Source: Podarcis bocagei (taxonomy: Eukaryota). Taken from it: a stretch of DNA of 64,000 nucleotides. The translations under genes were made by a program, and so were the position numbers. The DNA is taken from assembly GCA_964188305.1 (NCBI GenBank), contig OZ076895.1; one strand, given 5' to 3'. Of this stretch, positions 39,301 to 53,300 are shown one piece after another. Positions within the stretch are counted from its first letter, which is position 1. Every line of letters begins with the position of its first letter. The notes beneath the pieces are model-generated. The model worked only from the letters and a program-made list of their open reading frames with translations, searched no databases and had not been told where the DNA came from.

Positions 39301-42300
39301 AATAATGAGCTCCTCCCACAAAGTGGCCAATGTTCACTCCCCTCTTCACTGAGCCAGCCTGACTCATATCTCCTTATCCCTGGTGAAGGAAACAGACCTT
39401 CTTTTATTTCTAAAGGCTCGGTGTCTGAGGGTTTGATTTCCATTTGGGAGGTACGGTTTATGCCGAGTACAACCTACCAGGATATTCTCTCGCACAAGCT
39501 CCATTGAGCACTCCTTGTGCTGGATTCCGCCCATTGTTTGTAGAGAGGTGCCTCCTCACCCCCCTTCACTGCATTAAGGGATGTTTCTGCGTTACATAAT
39601 CCTCACCTGCTCCTTTTATTTTGGTCATTTTCAAATGTTCTTAGCATCAAGTTCATGTGTTTTAGGCTACCAATAGTGGTGTGGAAAATAATGGCCTTAG
39701 AATGTTTTCCCTGAGAAAACAAAATAGAAAGAAAGGGCTCGTGGTAGTTGGTGTTTTCTTCAGCAGCTGCAGGTTACCCAAGGAGCTGCCCTCACCCTTC
39801 TGTCACATGCAGAATAAGGATATTAATGTTTTGTTTGGCTTTCTGAACTGTGTATTGGGGTGGGGATATGGGCACATGCCAGCCTGACCATCTTTTAAAG
39901 TAAAGTGGGGTTCAGGGTAGCCTTTCAGCCCAACAATTTGCCTTTTCAGTTAAAAGCATCTGGATTTGCATTGTGCCTTTGTATTATTCTTACTGATCTG
40001 GAAATAACTTTGCTTAATAATATCTTCCCATAGAAAACTGGTAATTGAAATCTATTGGTTGACCAGTTCTCTAGCCAGTTAATTAGCTTTATTTGTACTG
40101 ATTTTTACCATAATGTTATGTAATGCTTATTGTGTGCCTTTTTTATGTAGCAGTTTGCAGGTCAATCCAATCTGTTTGTTTTAGTAGCAGCATCTGAAAC
40201 AATGATTTGCAATTTTCCTAGCTCAAGTTCAATTCACCCTTTCTACAAGCCCCAATTGCAGGGTGCTGCCTAGGGGCAGGGGGAATCTTGCACCCCTCCC
40301 TCTGGACCATATAACTACTCTTGTGTGATCTAACTGTTCTACAACAAAGGCAGGGGCAGCTGCCTTTATAGAGATCACGTCCCAGAATATATACAGGGTT
40401 GTGGAACAAGCCATGCCCTTTTATTGACTCTGAGACCCTTCCATCTAACCATATGAGCAACTGTGTAAGATCTGGACATGGGGAGTTCTGTTCTGGATAA
40501 AGAATGTGTAGAATATCATGAAGAGCCATGACTAAAGCCAGAGAGGATGCTGATGTTTCTCTCTACTATGTTGTAAGCTCCACTTGCATTGTGGTTTGTG
40601 AGAGGGAAGCTGAGAGTATATATAGTTTTATCTTAAAGGCAGGTGTTAGTTTTTGTGATTTGCTGTAAGCAGAGATCAAAAGTAAAGCCTTGTGGAATGA
40701 GTTATTATTTTGCCAAGTATAAAACTACTCTTGGTTGGGGGCTCAGTGGGTGTGGCAAAGGACTTTGGCTCCCTCTGAAAGGTTGATTTTATAGCTCAAA
40801 GGTCCTGTGTGCACGTGGTGCACATTTGCCACCTGAATAAAGTGGACTGAGAGTAGCTTTACAGTGTACATATAGCTAGATTTGTAGACAGGAAGGACTA
40901 ATGTGTGGCCTATTTTTCTGTGCAATTCATGATAGGCAGAAGAGATTAAGAACCGATTTGAAGGATTCCTTGCTAGCCAGACATCATTCCATAGAAGTGG
41001 GAGAATTTGCCCCTCTGCAACTTGGATTCTGTTATTCCCACAACCCACCAACTCCCTTATGTTCTTAGTGGATGGTGCTGTCAGATGTAGGGCAATGTGT
41101 TATTCAGTATGTGGACAGTATGTCACAGATGCCTCCGATTGTCACTGATGACTGCCTATTGCTCTTATGTGCAACATTTCCCCTCTGTGCTGCTTCTGTT
41201 TCTGCTATCGACTGCATCATCATCCTTGTTAGTGTGCCAGGCTCTTTTGCTTTGCAGCCAAGGGCTGCACTGTCTGCAGCACAGCGCCTTGCTTTTCTGC
41301 CATGTCCTCCTTATTCACAGCTGGGTGCCAGGCGTCTTTCACTTGGTGCCAAGCTTCTTTCTGCCTTGCTACCAACTGCTGTGGTGCATACATCACTGAG
41401 TAACCTCTCATACATCTCAGAGGAAACATTGCTTGGAATGCCCTTTGGGTGACTCCTGAGACTATGGCAAACCCATCAACACCCTTTAATTAATTGTTCA
41501 TACTCTGTTGGTTCAATTTGCACTATTATCATGGCCACCTTTACTCTTTAACAGGATGAAATTTAGACTTTGAGCCATAAGCTAAGTCTTGCTAGCTAGC
41601 AGATAACTGATTTGGATTTAGGCTAATGTGTTTCTTTGCTGAATAGTGCAATTGCTAAAAGGCATATTACAGCCAGTACCTGACATCCTGTCTTGTTGCA
41701 AGACTCTGGCAGGGTCATGGGGGGAAAGTGGGAAGGTGCATTTACCGCAATCCTCTCATTTCCCAAAGCCAGTTTGTGGATTGATAGGAGATCTGTATGG
41801 GTGGAGATCAATCTTCAGCATGAAGCACTGCAGGGACCGATTTCCCTCCTTCATGCCAAAAAGAAGCTTTCGGTGGGGATATACATATTTGGAAGGCAGC
41901 ACCAGGAAAGGGTTGAACCTCCACCCTCCTGCAGCCATGATCAAATTCCTCCTTCCCATGGCTGCTTTAAGCCTAAGCAAGAAACATTTGAGAGGTTCAA
42001 TCATAGGTCTCTGGTATTAAGATTCAGCTTAGCCCAGAGATACAGAAGAGAGTTGGGGAAAGGAAAGCATAAAGGAGGTATAAGAGGCATGGGAAGGACA
42101 GGAGCAAAGTCTCCTTATTGTCCATAACATTTCACAGTCAAATATTTAGTTCCTAGTATAAATCATTGGCTTTGGAAGCCTGAATCAATTACTGTGTTTA
42201 TTCAAACAGGCAGGCAGGCACACACAAACCACCGTGAAATGTGTGTGCATGCTGTATGCATACTTTTAGGTAAGTTGGGGGAGCTTGGGGGGGGGGTAAA

Positions 42301-42845
42301 GGAGGCGTAGCCTGAAATACAGCGTTAAGATAGTTTCCGGTCTGTGTTGTTGAGATGGGAGGCTGTGTAATCTGTGTTTGATGGTAGGACAGTTCTGAGA
42401 TGTCATTGTTAGAGAGCAGAGCTTTGCAATATACCTCTCTGGTCTTTTGTGCATCAGAAAGTTGCTGTTCTGTCTCATGCTCTCTCATTGGGGTGGGGTG
42501 GGGGCTTTTCCAATGATTAGGGGGCAGAAACCCTGGATCCTATTCTAGTTATATAGCAATGCTAGCCCTGATTCCAGAAGCATCTTCTTCCAAAATCACT
42601 GATGAGGGAGTCACCATATTGTGGGAGACAGCAGTTCTGTTGTTCACAGCTTTCAAAAAGCACAGCTGAAAAGGGTGCAGCCAGCAAAGACGTCTTTAAG
42701 GGAAATCTCGTAAAACATCCTCATGGGCAACATGTGTTTGTTTGCCTTGCTTACTGAAGTTTCGTTTAGAACTAGTACAGAATGGCTCCACCATCACTGC
42801 AGTAGACAGCTGATACAGTGCACAGTAAACAAGGGCATTCTATAA

Positions 42846-42851
42846 AATAAA
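42846..42851 (+). terminator. Candidate internal polyadenylation signal AATAAA (~11 kb UTR)
   Basis: Followed about 35 nt later by GU-rich TGTGGTGGTGAGTG. Confidence 0.3.
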
Positions 42852-45800
42852 TAGTTGAAAACTGTAAATGCAAGAATGTCACGAGCTGTGGTGGTGAGTG
42901 AGCACATTTCTCACTGGTGGTATTGCAGGTACTCTGCAGTCATTGCCTATGCTGCTTGTGCAAATGCTGCAATAGAGACACTGCTAGAAATGTAGATCCC
43001 ATATCACAAATGAGTAATGACAACACACTTACAGTCCAGTTCTGTGCAGCACTCTGTGCATCCAGGAGCCTAACTACATATAATATTAACAGTATGATTT
43101 ACAATCACATTGCATGCTATTTTTTGAAAAAGAATACAGGTGCAGGGATGTGAGTGTCAATAAGATCAGAGTGCACAGGATGAGAAGGGTTAAGCTCTAC
43201 TCAGATGCAATTTGCATGAAATTCCCCTCCCTGCCCAGCGCAGCTACTGCATTACATACCAAGCTCCCATTGGCATTAGTGGGGATTCTCCCTCCCCAAT
43301 GTTAATTTCTGTGTTGGGGGGGGGCATTTTATGGAGACTGTGCCAACAGCAGGAAGGATCCTGATAACAGTTGTTTCCGCTGCACTTGATATTAAATTTT
43401 TAACAACACACAATGTGATTGCTAATCACATCATTAATGTAATGTGTAGTTAGGCCCCTAAAGCCACTGAATTTTGTGGGATTAAGCATGTCAAACTTGG
43501 TGTAGAACTGGACCGTGAATGTGCTTTAACAAACTGATCATCTGGAAAGCTCCCTCCCTTTTAAAAACTAACTGGGAAATTTCTAACAAAACTTTCCTAG
43601 TGGGGAAAAAGCACTTTGCCAACATTTGGCCACTAGTAAAAGAAAAGAAAAATCTCCAGACTGAAATGGAGCTTAATTGACAATTTAAACTGACTAAAAT
43701 GAATGTTTTGTGTATGTGGAGTGAATGGTGAGACCAAGTTAGAATGATTCATCTGAAACAAAAGAGATTCTGAAAATGAATGTAACTAAAAATGTAGATT
43801 TCCTTCTTTTGTCTGTATTATAGAGAGAGAACACAATTTACAATTGACAGAAATAACAATTTCAAGCAACATTTCCCAAAACAGCAAGGAACGTCAGCAT
43901 GAACCACATTACTGTATGATTCTAGGCTTACTGCTGTTCAAAGACCTAGTGCTCTTCTTCATCTTTTCTCTTTTATGGGTTTTCACAAATTCCCTATCTT
44001 CATCCATAATGAATGGCTAAATCCACCAGGTTGTCTCATTCAGAATCTAATTTCTGTACATTTACTTCAGCTAGTGCGTCCATACGGTGTGTGTTTGTAT
44101 GTGATTGATTGATTGATTGATACATAGAATCACTATGATTGATTATATAGAGTACTGTTAATTAATCAAACATGGATTGCTGATGGTCCTGCATATTATA
44201 TTGTGCTATTTACTTATATACAGTATTTCTTAGTCACCTTTTTATGTGGGTGGGTGTCATCTCATAATAGGGAATGGAGTGATAGTTGAAAGGATTGGAG
44301 GAAGCAGGAGCTATGCATATAGGTATTCACATAGTGACTTGTGTAAATCAGAGCCACATTCTCTTTGAAAGCATTGTAACATGTATTACAGCTCAGTCTT
44401 GCCCTTCTCTTTACCTCCATTGGTCTTTCTTCCAGTGTTTTCTGGAGCTAACATTACTGGGGAAGAGGGGGAAGACAGTTTTCTGAAGCCTATGCAAGTT
44501 ACTGAGGACATCATATATGGTACATTCCAACACTTGGAATGTTGGTCATCTGAAACAGACTGTCAAGTGATGAGACATTTACCACACTTCTTAATCTGCT
44601 CAGAAATATTTAGAAACTGTAGTAATAAAATTCATCACTTGGCAGGATGTTTCAGTTGACTGGCGTACCAAGCAATAAATATGTACCTGGTAAGTTACCA
44701 GTTGGTCCATGAACATCTGTAGTCACTTAAAGGGAGTATGGAATTCATACGGAACAAGATGAAGAGACAGATGAAAACAATATATTATTCCTTAATCTCC
44801 CATGTATGGAACCAGATGCATGCAAATGGCGTTTGGGTGAATAAGACCCACATTGGAAACAAATTCACTCCAGTTTAGGTGGGTAATTGTAAACTTTGGA
44901 TCAAACAATGCATTTATCACAATCAACAACCTCCAAAGTGCCATAAACAGTTCCAAAATATGTCTGTCAAAGAGAATTGACAGTCAAGACTTCTGGTTAG
45001 AAGTCCTAGTTAGTTGATCTGTTGGTTATAGTATGGATAGTCTTTTTCAGGTTTTAGATTTAAATCTGGTAGAGTTGAGAAATTTCTATGAAATTCTAGT
45101 ATGAGAGATGGGAGATTGTGTTTCAAGTTTTAAAATAATTCACATTTGCCCAGATACCTTTGTCCATAATTCTTGGAGCTTCCTCCAATCGTTCCAGCTA
45201 TTCTGCATTATGAAATCACACCCATTCACAGAAAAGGGCGACTCAGAAATCAGGAGAGAAATAAATGTACCTCCCCAGTGAAATTCCATTGGCACTCTGT
45301 GCCATGTTCTTCTGGGTATCTCCAGCCACTCGGGAAAACCTGGATTTTCCCAGTCTTTTGGTTAGAGTCAATAAATCCCTCCTGTGTTGAATCTTGTCAT
45401 CTCATATATTTATTTTTAATGTAAAGAGAACAAAGATGATGGCAGCAGGAGGATATGGGATGACCAGTAACCCTCGCTGCAAAAAGAAAACTTACAAATA
45501 TTTTAAAAAAATACCCTTGAAATATTTTGGGGGGAAATTGTGAATACTTTTTTATAGAAAAGCTAATTTTTATGTAGCATGAAAGTCACCAAAATAAAAT
45601 GATCAAGAACGGAAGTTGTGGCGAGAAGTTTTGTTGATGGGGGGCGGTGATGGGAAAGGGGGAGGTTGTGGGGAAAATGTTTGTGTGGAAGGGAGGGGAG
45701 TTGCAATGCATGGTGGGGAGTGGGGTGGGGTTAATGGCAGTCATGAATGTTCATGTGTTGTTGAAACATGAAGCACCTTGAAGTGAAGGTCATCTCTTAC

Positions 45801-48800
45801 TAGGGAAGGCAATTGTGGTACTTGTAGGACATCCCAGGGGGTGGCTTCCCAGACTGGCACTCGATAATATGTATACAACCATGGCTTCTGCCAAACTGGG
45901 TGCATGAATACTGTACACCATTTTGGGGCACTTTGGGGCAAAAATTGTGAACAATTTGGGGAAATAATAGGCTGGGGTTTGGCCAATGCACAGCATATCA
46001 TGTTGCCACCTCAAGGGGAAATTTCCTGAGGGAATGCAAATGTTGTTCAGAGAACTTGCTCCCCGCCTGCCCCTGTGGGTTGCTGGCAGTTGTGCATGTC
46101 TGCTTCCTGTGGTTTGGGGCCAGTGGGTGATGTGAGAAGTCTGGCTCCTCATTGGTGGCATTCCTTGGAGGTTGGCTGCTTGATTGGTCCACTGCTTTCT
46201 CCAAATTATTGTACCGTAATTTTCCTACCCCAGGAGCTCCCCGTCAACCACCTCTTCTCCCTGTCAGAGAGAGTTGAGAGATTTAAGGGGATAGGAAGCT
46301 GATAGTTTGTCTGCCTGACTCTGCCATGGAGATGGGTAAAAGGGAGAGGATATTTTCTTCGGGGTGGGTGGGAGGAAGGAGAGGGGGTAAATATATGGAA
46401 ATGCAGGTGAAATTCTTTTAGGGAGTGGATCTCTTCAAGGGGAATGATATGGGTTGGGATCTGTTAGTAAGTTAACTGGTTGGCCTTGTGTAAAGTTGCT
46501 GTTGTGATGCAGCAGTATGTAGTGTCAAAGAAATTGTACTTAAGGGCTCAAATCCCACTTCTGCCTTGTATTGGGTGTGTGGCCTTGAACAAATTGATTG
46601 TTTCCAACTGGTCCAACACTGTTTACAGCAGTGGCCTCCCAAATGCCTCTGCAAAATTTATAAGCAGGGCATGAAGGTAATGGCATTGTCTGTTCGTTTC
46701 TGATGCTTTGCATCCTGTTTCCCTTACCTGAATATGTGTTCCAGAAAGTTTTCTCCACCCTCAGTATCTTGATCATATAATCAATCTCATGTGTGTCTTG
46801 ACTTGTGGCTTGTGGTTTGGCTCAGTTTCTTGAGGAATCTGTTCTGCACATAGAGTTCCCAGATTTTCTCTGGATTGTTGATCTGTGTGGGCCTGATATC
46901 ATTGTATTGCTTGGTAACTGGCAGGAGACTTGTATTACCTGACCAGAAGGTAAAATTAAAATTATTTGGTTTTCCAAAAGCATTTTATGTGTTTTCTAAT
47001 CAAACATAGATTTGCCAAGCTTAATGTTGTCCAGTCACAAAAAATAATAGCAGGTTTGAATTCCTTACACCCCAAAACTTATTTTCAAGGCTCTTCACTG
47101 AAGAAATTTGCAGAAATTAAATTTCACCCCTAAAATGACACGCCCAACTGGTGAAATGTGTAAAAAGCAAAGGGGCTGTTTTCTTTGAATGTAATCAGTA
47201 AAAAGACCCACTGTTCTCGTCAACTCCTTAAACATGTGAACTCTCATTAGATATTTTGCAAGTTCATACGCTGCACTTATCTTCTGTGGTTTAAATTTTG
47301 TTTTTTGCTATTTATTAAATTTATATACTCCCAGTGTCCTTAACATGACTACAGCTTGAAACACAATACATAATACAGACACTGTCAAGGCTGAACAGTA
47401 TTGGGTTGTGAAAACATTAACATTAAAATTCTACAACCCTGTAACCATTCCATTTTTCCCTTTAAAAACAAACAAACATCTGAGGAACAATCTGGGAGAG
47501 CTGCTTACACATCTCCCATTCACTTCAGCGGAGTTTGTGCAGGAGAACTTTACTCGAGTGTTGTGCCCCAGTTTAGTTTTTGATGTATAACTAGACTTTT
47601 GGTTGCATCTGTTTTGGTGTTTACCATCTTGCAAGCATTCCATTAGCAGAAGCATATTTTGAAGCACCAGCTAGCACTTGTTGTATGGCTTTTGTATTGT
47701 GCATCCCTGTGGTTTTTCTGTGTACATATGTTCCCTTGCCCTCTTTAAACCTAGCCCTCAAAGTAATCCCATAATTTCTGGCGTCCCTCCTGATCTGTCT
47801 AATTCCAGAAATAATTTGATCTTCATACCCAAATGGACCACTGGCCAAGATCTTAATATTGAATCACAGGAAGCAAATCTATTCATCCACTCTGCATATA
47901 CTGCCCAGGCAGTTTCTATTAGGCTTTAGTGGTACAGCAAAAATTGGTTGGTAGTTTTCTGAAACAGGTTGTCTTATTACTTCAAAGTAAAAATGGAAAT
48001 GTGGTAAAACTTCCCCCTTCCATCCATTCTTTAATCAGGTGTAGGGCAGATGATAGGTTCTACTTTACAGAGCACAGCCTTCTATAGGAAGGTCTCTTTG
48101 GTTTGAACATCTGTCTGGCCCATGTCCATTTTAAAGAAAAGGAGCCTAAGAAGGGAGCACAGCAAAGGCCTTGAAGGAGGGAGAAAAGGAGTATGGAAGT
48201 TGCCCATCAATAACACTGGGCGGTAGAATCAGCTGCCACACAAGCCAATCTCGTCACAGTCTTACCCAAATGAGATGTACTGCATTTTTGCATAAATTAT
48301 GGAAATTGTTTCTAAATTTGTATCTCTACATATAAATTAGCATAGGCCAATTTTATGCAGATAAATACCCTTTTCTCCTCTTTTTTGATGATGGATAAGT
48401 GTGCTCTTTCGGTGGTTAAGTAGACCAGGCTCTTTTCCCTAGAATGCCAGCACACAATAAGGGTTTGAATGTTGTTCCAGGTAGCCTCTACTGAGTTCAC
48501 GTCTTCCCTTCTTCCCTTATTCTTCTGGGTCGGTAAGATCTTAGACCAAAGAGGAACAGATATTATCGCCTCTGAGCCGCTGTGTGGAAAATCACCTTCC
48601 ATCACACAAGCAGAAATTCCAGGCATTTTGTGACTTTCTCTGCCCTATCTTAACTGCTAGCTATATATCCCTCCTATATCCAGAAAAGAATGGCTTCCTG
48701 GGCTGCTTCCTTATCTGAACTGTTAAGCTGAATGCCATGAAGCATTTTCTGCTGTTCTCTCCGATTAGCCAGCCTTTGCCAAGGAGGTGCGAAACTGAGG

Positions 48801-49981
48801 CCTGGACATCAAATCCTCTTGCTCAAGGTTAAGTATGGGCTATGCAATTGCCCTTCAGCAGTTTGCTCTCTTTCTATTAGCTGTGGTGGACACTGCAGAA
48901 TGTTAAGTGAGTTTCTCTGTGTGAGTGGAACTCTCTGAAGATAAGTAATGTGGGAGATTGTGTACGTGTGCCTGCATGCAGAGGGACTGTGGATAGTTTC
49001 AGTACTTTTTTCAAGGAGAAATTCCCCTTAAAACTCAAGCCAAACCTTCCCTACACAGTGCAAACAATGAGGTTGCCATTTTGGGTGCTCTAATGCATCT
49101 CCCACCCACGGCCAAATCCAACATGCTGGTTTGGGATGTTGTGTCAATTTTTCTGTAATGTCTGTCACTGATGCCCATATAGGCAGCCAGGAGAGTGAAG
49201 ACTGATGCATGTCATAAAAGCAGGTTAATGGGGGTCATGACAACACATTTGCAAATATCTAACGGTGTGGTTTGAAAGAGGGAGAACAACTGTCTGACAG
49301 CCACTGAGGGGCAGAGGCGAGGTGACTGGTAGGCTCAGAGTACGGGGTGGGTGGGTCATCATTGCTCTGTCTGTACTAGTTTGTGTTACTTTTACTGCCA
49401 TGATTTCTCCCACAGATTTGTGAGCATTCTTTGTAAGAGATTCCTCAACCCGCTCAACTATATTTCCCTGGGGAGAAGGAAGGGATGACCATGTTTGGCA
49501 CAGATATGCCCATTGAGTATTAAGGGCCAACATGTAGTGACAGACCCTGTTTATAAGTAGGTAATTATCTAAATTATTTTAAATTATCTTTGTGTCTACA
49601 AAGTTGTGGCCCAAAGGCAAACCTTTCTCTCTTAGCAAACGTGCCCTTTCCAGTTTCTATGGTGGCAAAAACAAATTATTCCTAAACAGGGAAGTATCAA
49701 GCAGCTTTCAACCATGAGAAAGAAAAGCAGTGCTAGATTTCATTAGATTAAGTCATAATTCAATTGATAGAGACACATTTAAATAATGTGGCCGAATTTA
49801 AAACAATTCGATCCTTTCTAATCTCATAAAGTCAGACAGCTGAGAAGGGGGATTTCAAAGGGAGGGTGCTCGAGGAATTTGGCAGGCTGAAATCTGAGGT
49901 GGACTTTTTCTTCGGGACTGATGTGTGGATTAGAACATAGCCCTCTACAGAATCCAGGCTTCCACCAATTCTATGAGGTGG

Positions 49982-50048
49982 CCTTCCTTCCTTCCTTCCT
50001 TCCTTCCTTCCTTCCTTCCTTCCTTCCTTCCTTCCTTCCTTCCTTCCT
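49982..50048. repeat. (CCTT)n tetranucleotide microsatellite
   Basis: Seen directly. Confidence 0.98.
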
Positions 50049-50747
50049 TTTAAAATCCCCTTTGTTTAACAGGCAATATCTGCTGCATGCTATATGTGGC
50101 TGCAGGTCCCTCACAGGGCTACTGTATGAGAGGAAAATGGCTGCCCCCGTTTAGGCAGCCATCTTTTTTCTGTACCGTGTCCCTGTGAGGAATGTCACCT
50201 CACCACATGCCATCACTCCCCCAGGGGCATTTGGGACAGTCATGCACTCTAGCCACTTCAACAGATTTTGTTTGTTTGTTTGTCAGAGACCATTTTGAAA
50301 ACTACAAGTAATTTATTTGAAAACACATTTGAAATAATTCAGCGGAGGGTGCTGAATTTTGGCGTTGCACAGGGCACCACTGAAATTTGAAAATCCAAAG
50401 TCTGCCACTACAAGGACACATTCCGGCCAAGCTCATAATAATAATAATTTATAATTTATACCCCGCCCATCTCAAGGAGGGTGTGTTATAGAGGTGGTGA
50501 GGGGTGAGGCCTGCGGAGAAGGAAATTACCTTGGAAAAGTCCTGAGAACTGTATAGAGAGATCTGAAGGGTCACATTCAGCTTCTGGGCCAGAGGTTCCC
50601 CTCTCAGCTCCATATGTAGACTAAAACCTCATGGAGTTTGGAGTGAAGACTATATCAGGCCATTTTGAAGTAAGTCTTGAAACACCTCGCCATTGATACC
50701 TACTTCTGAGTGTCATGTTTTATCATGGATTTGCACACTATCTAAAT

Positions 50748-50883
50748 CAGGCATAGGCAAAATCGGCCCTCCAAATGTTTTGGGACTACAACTGCCATCA
50801 TCCCTGACCACTGGTCCTATTAGCTAGGGATGATAGGAGTTGTATTCCCAAAACATCTGGAAGGCCGAGTTTGCCTATGCCTG
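50748..50883. mobile_element. Young, almost fully palindromic hAT MITE
   Basis: Perfect 14-bp TIR CAGGCATAGGCAAA / TTTGCCTATGCCTG, perfect 8-bp TSD ATCTAAAT, and inverted arms of about 57 bp. Confidence 0.95.
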
Positions 50884-53009
50884 ATCTAAATGATTTCTAG
50901 ACAGGTGTGAAGATTAAGACCTCTCCTTTGATTCACTGACTATCTAGACATTAACCTTAAATGTGTTTATGTTAAGAGTTTACATTAACTGGTAAATTGA
51001 CAGATGCTATCATTTATATACATTATGCAAATTGTTTTGCATAATCTTGCCTTGTACACAATTACATAGTATTTGCTGATGAATAAATTGGGTATTTACA
51101 AATAATACAAAAAGCAATCAGAGACTGTAGGCTATGGGCACGATCCTGCCCCCGTTCCATCACTTTTAGGGCCAGTTGATTTCAGTGAGAAAATTTAAGT
51201 TTATCTTTCAATGCCTCACATTTAAATTTCAGTGATTAAGTATGACTGGATCATACTTTGGGAGCACCACCTGCCAGGAAATCTGCACAAACTGTATGAC
51301 ATCAATGGGAGTTATGTGATTCCATTGCTACTCTTTTCACCGGGGCTTGCACAAGAAAACCTGTTGGTGAATGTTGCCTGTTATATACTTTATATTAGAT
51401 TTCAGAGGGAATGTAAGAAGTCTGGAGGATTGTGAAGGTCCACACAGTAGCTCTCTAGGAATCTAGTATAGGATCAGTGGTTTTGCTGCCTGCTTCAGGA
51501 GTTACTTTGCTTCCACGAATACTTGTGTATACTTGAGCTATTGTGAAGCCACCATATGACCCTGCTCCTCTTTCATCTAAAGAAAATGAATCCTTTAAGC
51601 TCTGTCCCTGGACTGATGACTGCTCAGGGACATTCCTGGCCCAGGGTGCCTTACTTATGCCTGGTCCAAACCAATAAGTCTTTATCAGAGGGCCCAACAA
51701 GGATACGTCACTCGGACTGACTGCTAGTAATTCTCCTTTCTTTCCACCATCCCAGTCACTTATACTGGGCCTTTTCCCAAGCTTAGGCAGATAGGCTTCC
51801 TGGTCTGAAGTGCCTTCATAATTCATGGGCTTCTGGATCACTCCTTCTCTTGGATCGTGACCAAGTGTACAACAGCTGTAAGGGCCTGAGCTTCCATAGG
51901 CTGCACATGCTATAATACAGTCGGCAAGGGATTTCTCCTCATCCATGGCTACAGCTTGCAGACAGTCATCCTCCAAGCCACCTTGCATGTTCCCTTGCAT
52001 TTTTTACATATTCTCTACCACTTTCCCCTGACTGCAGGCCTCAGCTACTCTACCTTTGTACCATGATCTACAGTTCTTAGGACTCTTCCCTAGCTTTTCA
52101 TTTGGATCACTGCTGGAAACACCCAAGACAGACAAGAGTCTGTTGTTTCTCAGCTACTAACCCTTCAACACATTCAGAAAGGATAGGGAACTCCTTAGCT
52201 ATCCACATGGCAGCTCTTCTGTTGGGTCTCTGGGCCTGTCTTGACTTCCTTATAGCTGACGATCCAGTAAAGCTCTGACCTCTTGATATGCCGCCTCCTG
52301 ACTCTTCTTTGGAGTTGCTGTAATTTCTGCTGCTCTCATTTTTTGGCTCTCACCAACTCATGGTTTCCCTCCAGGGTGGGTGGGTAATTTCCTTCTTTGT
52401 GACCAATCTTAAGTGCTCTCCTCTTCCTCAAGCAGCGGGAAGCAAAGGGATAGCATCCCTCTATTTAGTTTTCTTTGGAGAAAGAGCATGGGATAATTAG
52501 GGTATCTTTGGTAAACTGCATATTTAACATACAAACAGCAAGCAGGCTGTGATAATATAGGTAGCACAGCCACTAAGCCCTAGATTAGATTCCCAGAGCA
52601 CAAAACTGTGGACCTACACAACCCTCTGAGCTGCCTTGAATTCTACTAACTTGCAGCTGAAACTCTCTAGTTCATGCTGTCTTTACCCCCACAGTCAAAC
52701 TGCCAACACACTCATGCAGAGCTTTGTCTCCCTACCTGCAATCTTTCCTTTCGTTGTTCTTTTTGGTTATCCTCAACAAGACAGTCAATGAATAAAAACG
52801 GCATAAGGAAAAAGACAGCTCAGCAATGGCTCATAGTAATTTGCAGTGCGGTCTCATACAGTTAAAGCAAATACAATCAGAACAAGCCTAAAAGGGAGGA
52901 GGGACTTTAATCAGGGAGGAAGGAAAAAAGGCAGGGGCAGGGATATGCTCCAGCAGAGTCTCCTGGGCATGTACTTCATGCAGACAATCCCACAGAGAGA
53001 TCACCTGTG

Positions 53010-53300
53010 CAGAGGCATAGTGTGGGGAAGGGCGGCGGGGGGGAACATAGCCCCGGGCGCACATCTTTGAAGGGATGCAATCAGGTGCCCGCATGACAGG
53101 CATGGAATCTTGGCAGCTGAGGCACGGCAGCAGGTGGCTTGGTCTACTGGGCAGGTGGATGGAAGCAATGGGTGAGGGGCCTGTTGGAGGCGGGCTCCGT
53201 TCACCCTCCACGTGGGCTTTGCGTCCCTCTCACATGTGCCCCCACCCCTGCTGCAACACTTGCCCCGCCCTGATGGCCAGCAACCCATGTTACACCACTG
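53010..53300. mobile_element. GC-rich non-autonomous hAT element
   Basis: Ends CAGAGGCATAGTGTGGG / CCCATGTTACACCACTG resemble the TIRs of 19754-20050; degenerate TSD CACCTGTG/CCCCAGTG. Confidence 0.65.

Noticed and set aside
38979-39507. Overlapping ORFs of 154 and 169 aa
   Set aside because: They span a CR1 3' fragment, use non-ATG or weak starts, and show no recognisable domain.
48545-48552. Single miR-9 8mer (and scattered miR-125, miR-19 and miR-223 seeds)
   Set aside because: Isolated seeds are expected by chance in 25 kb; conservation cannot be assessed here.
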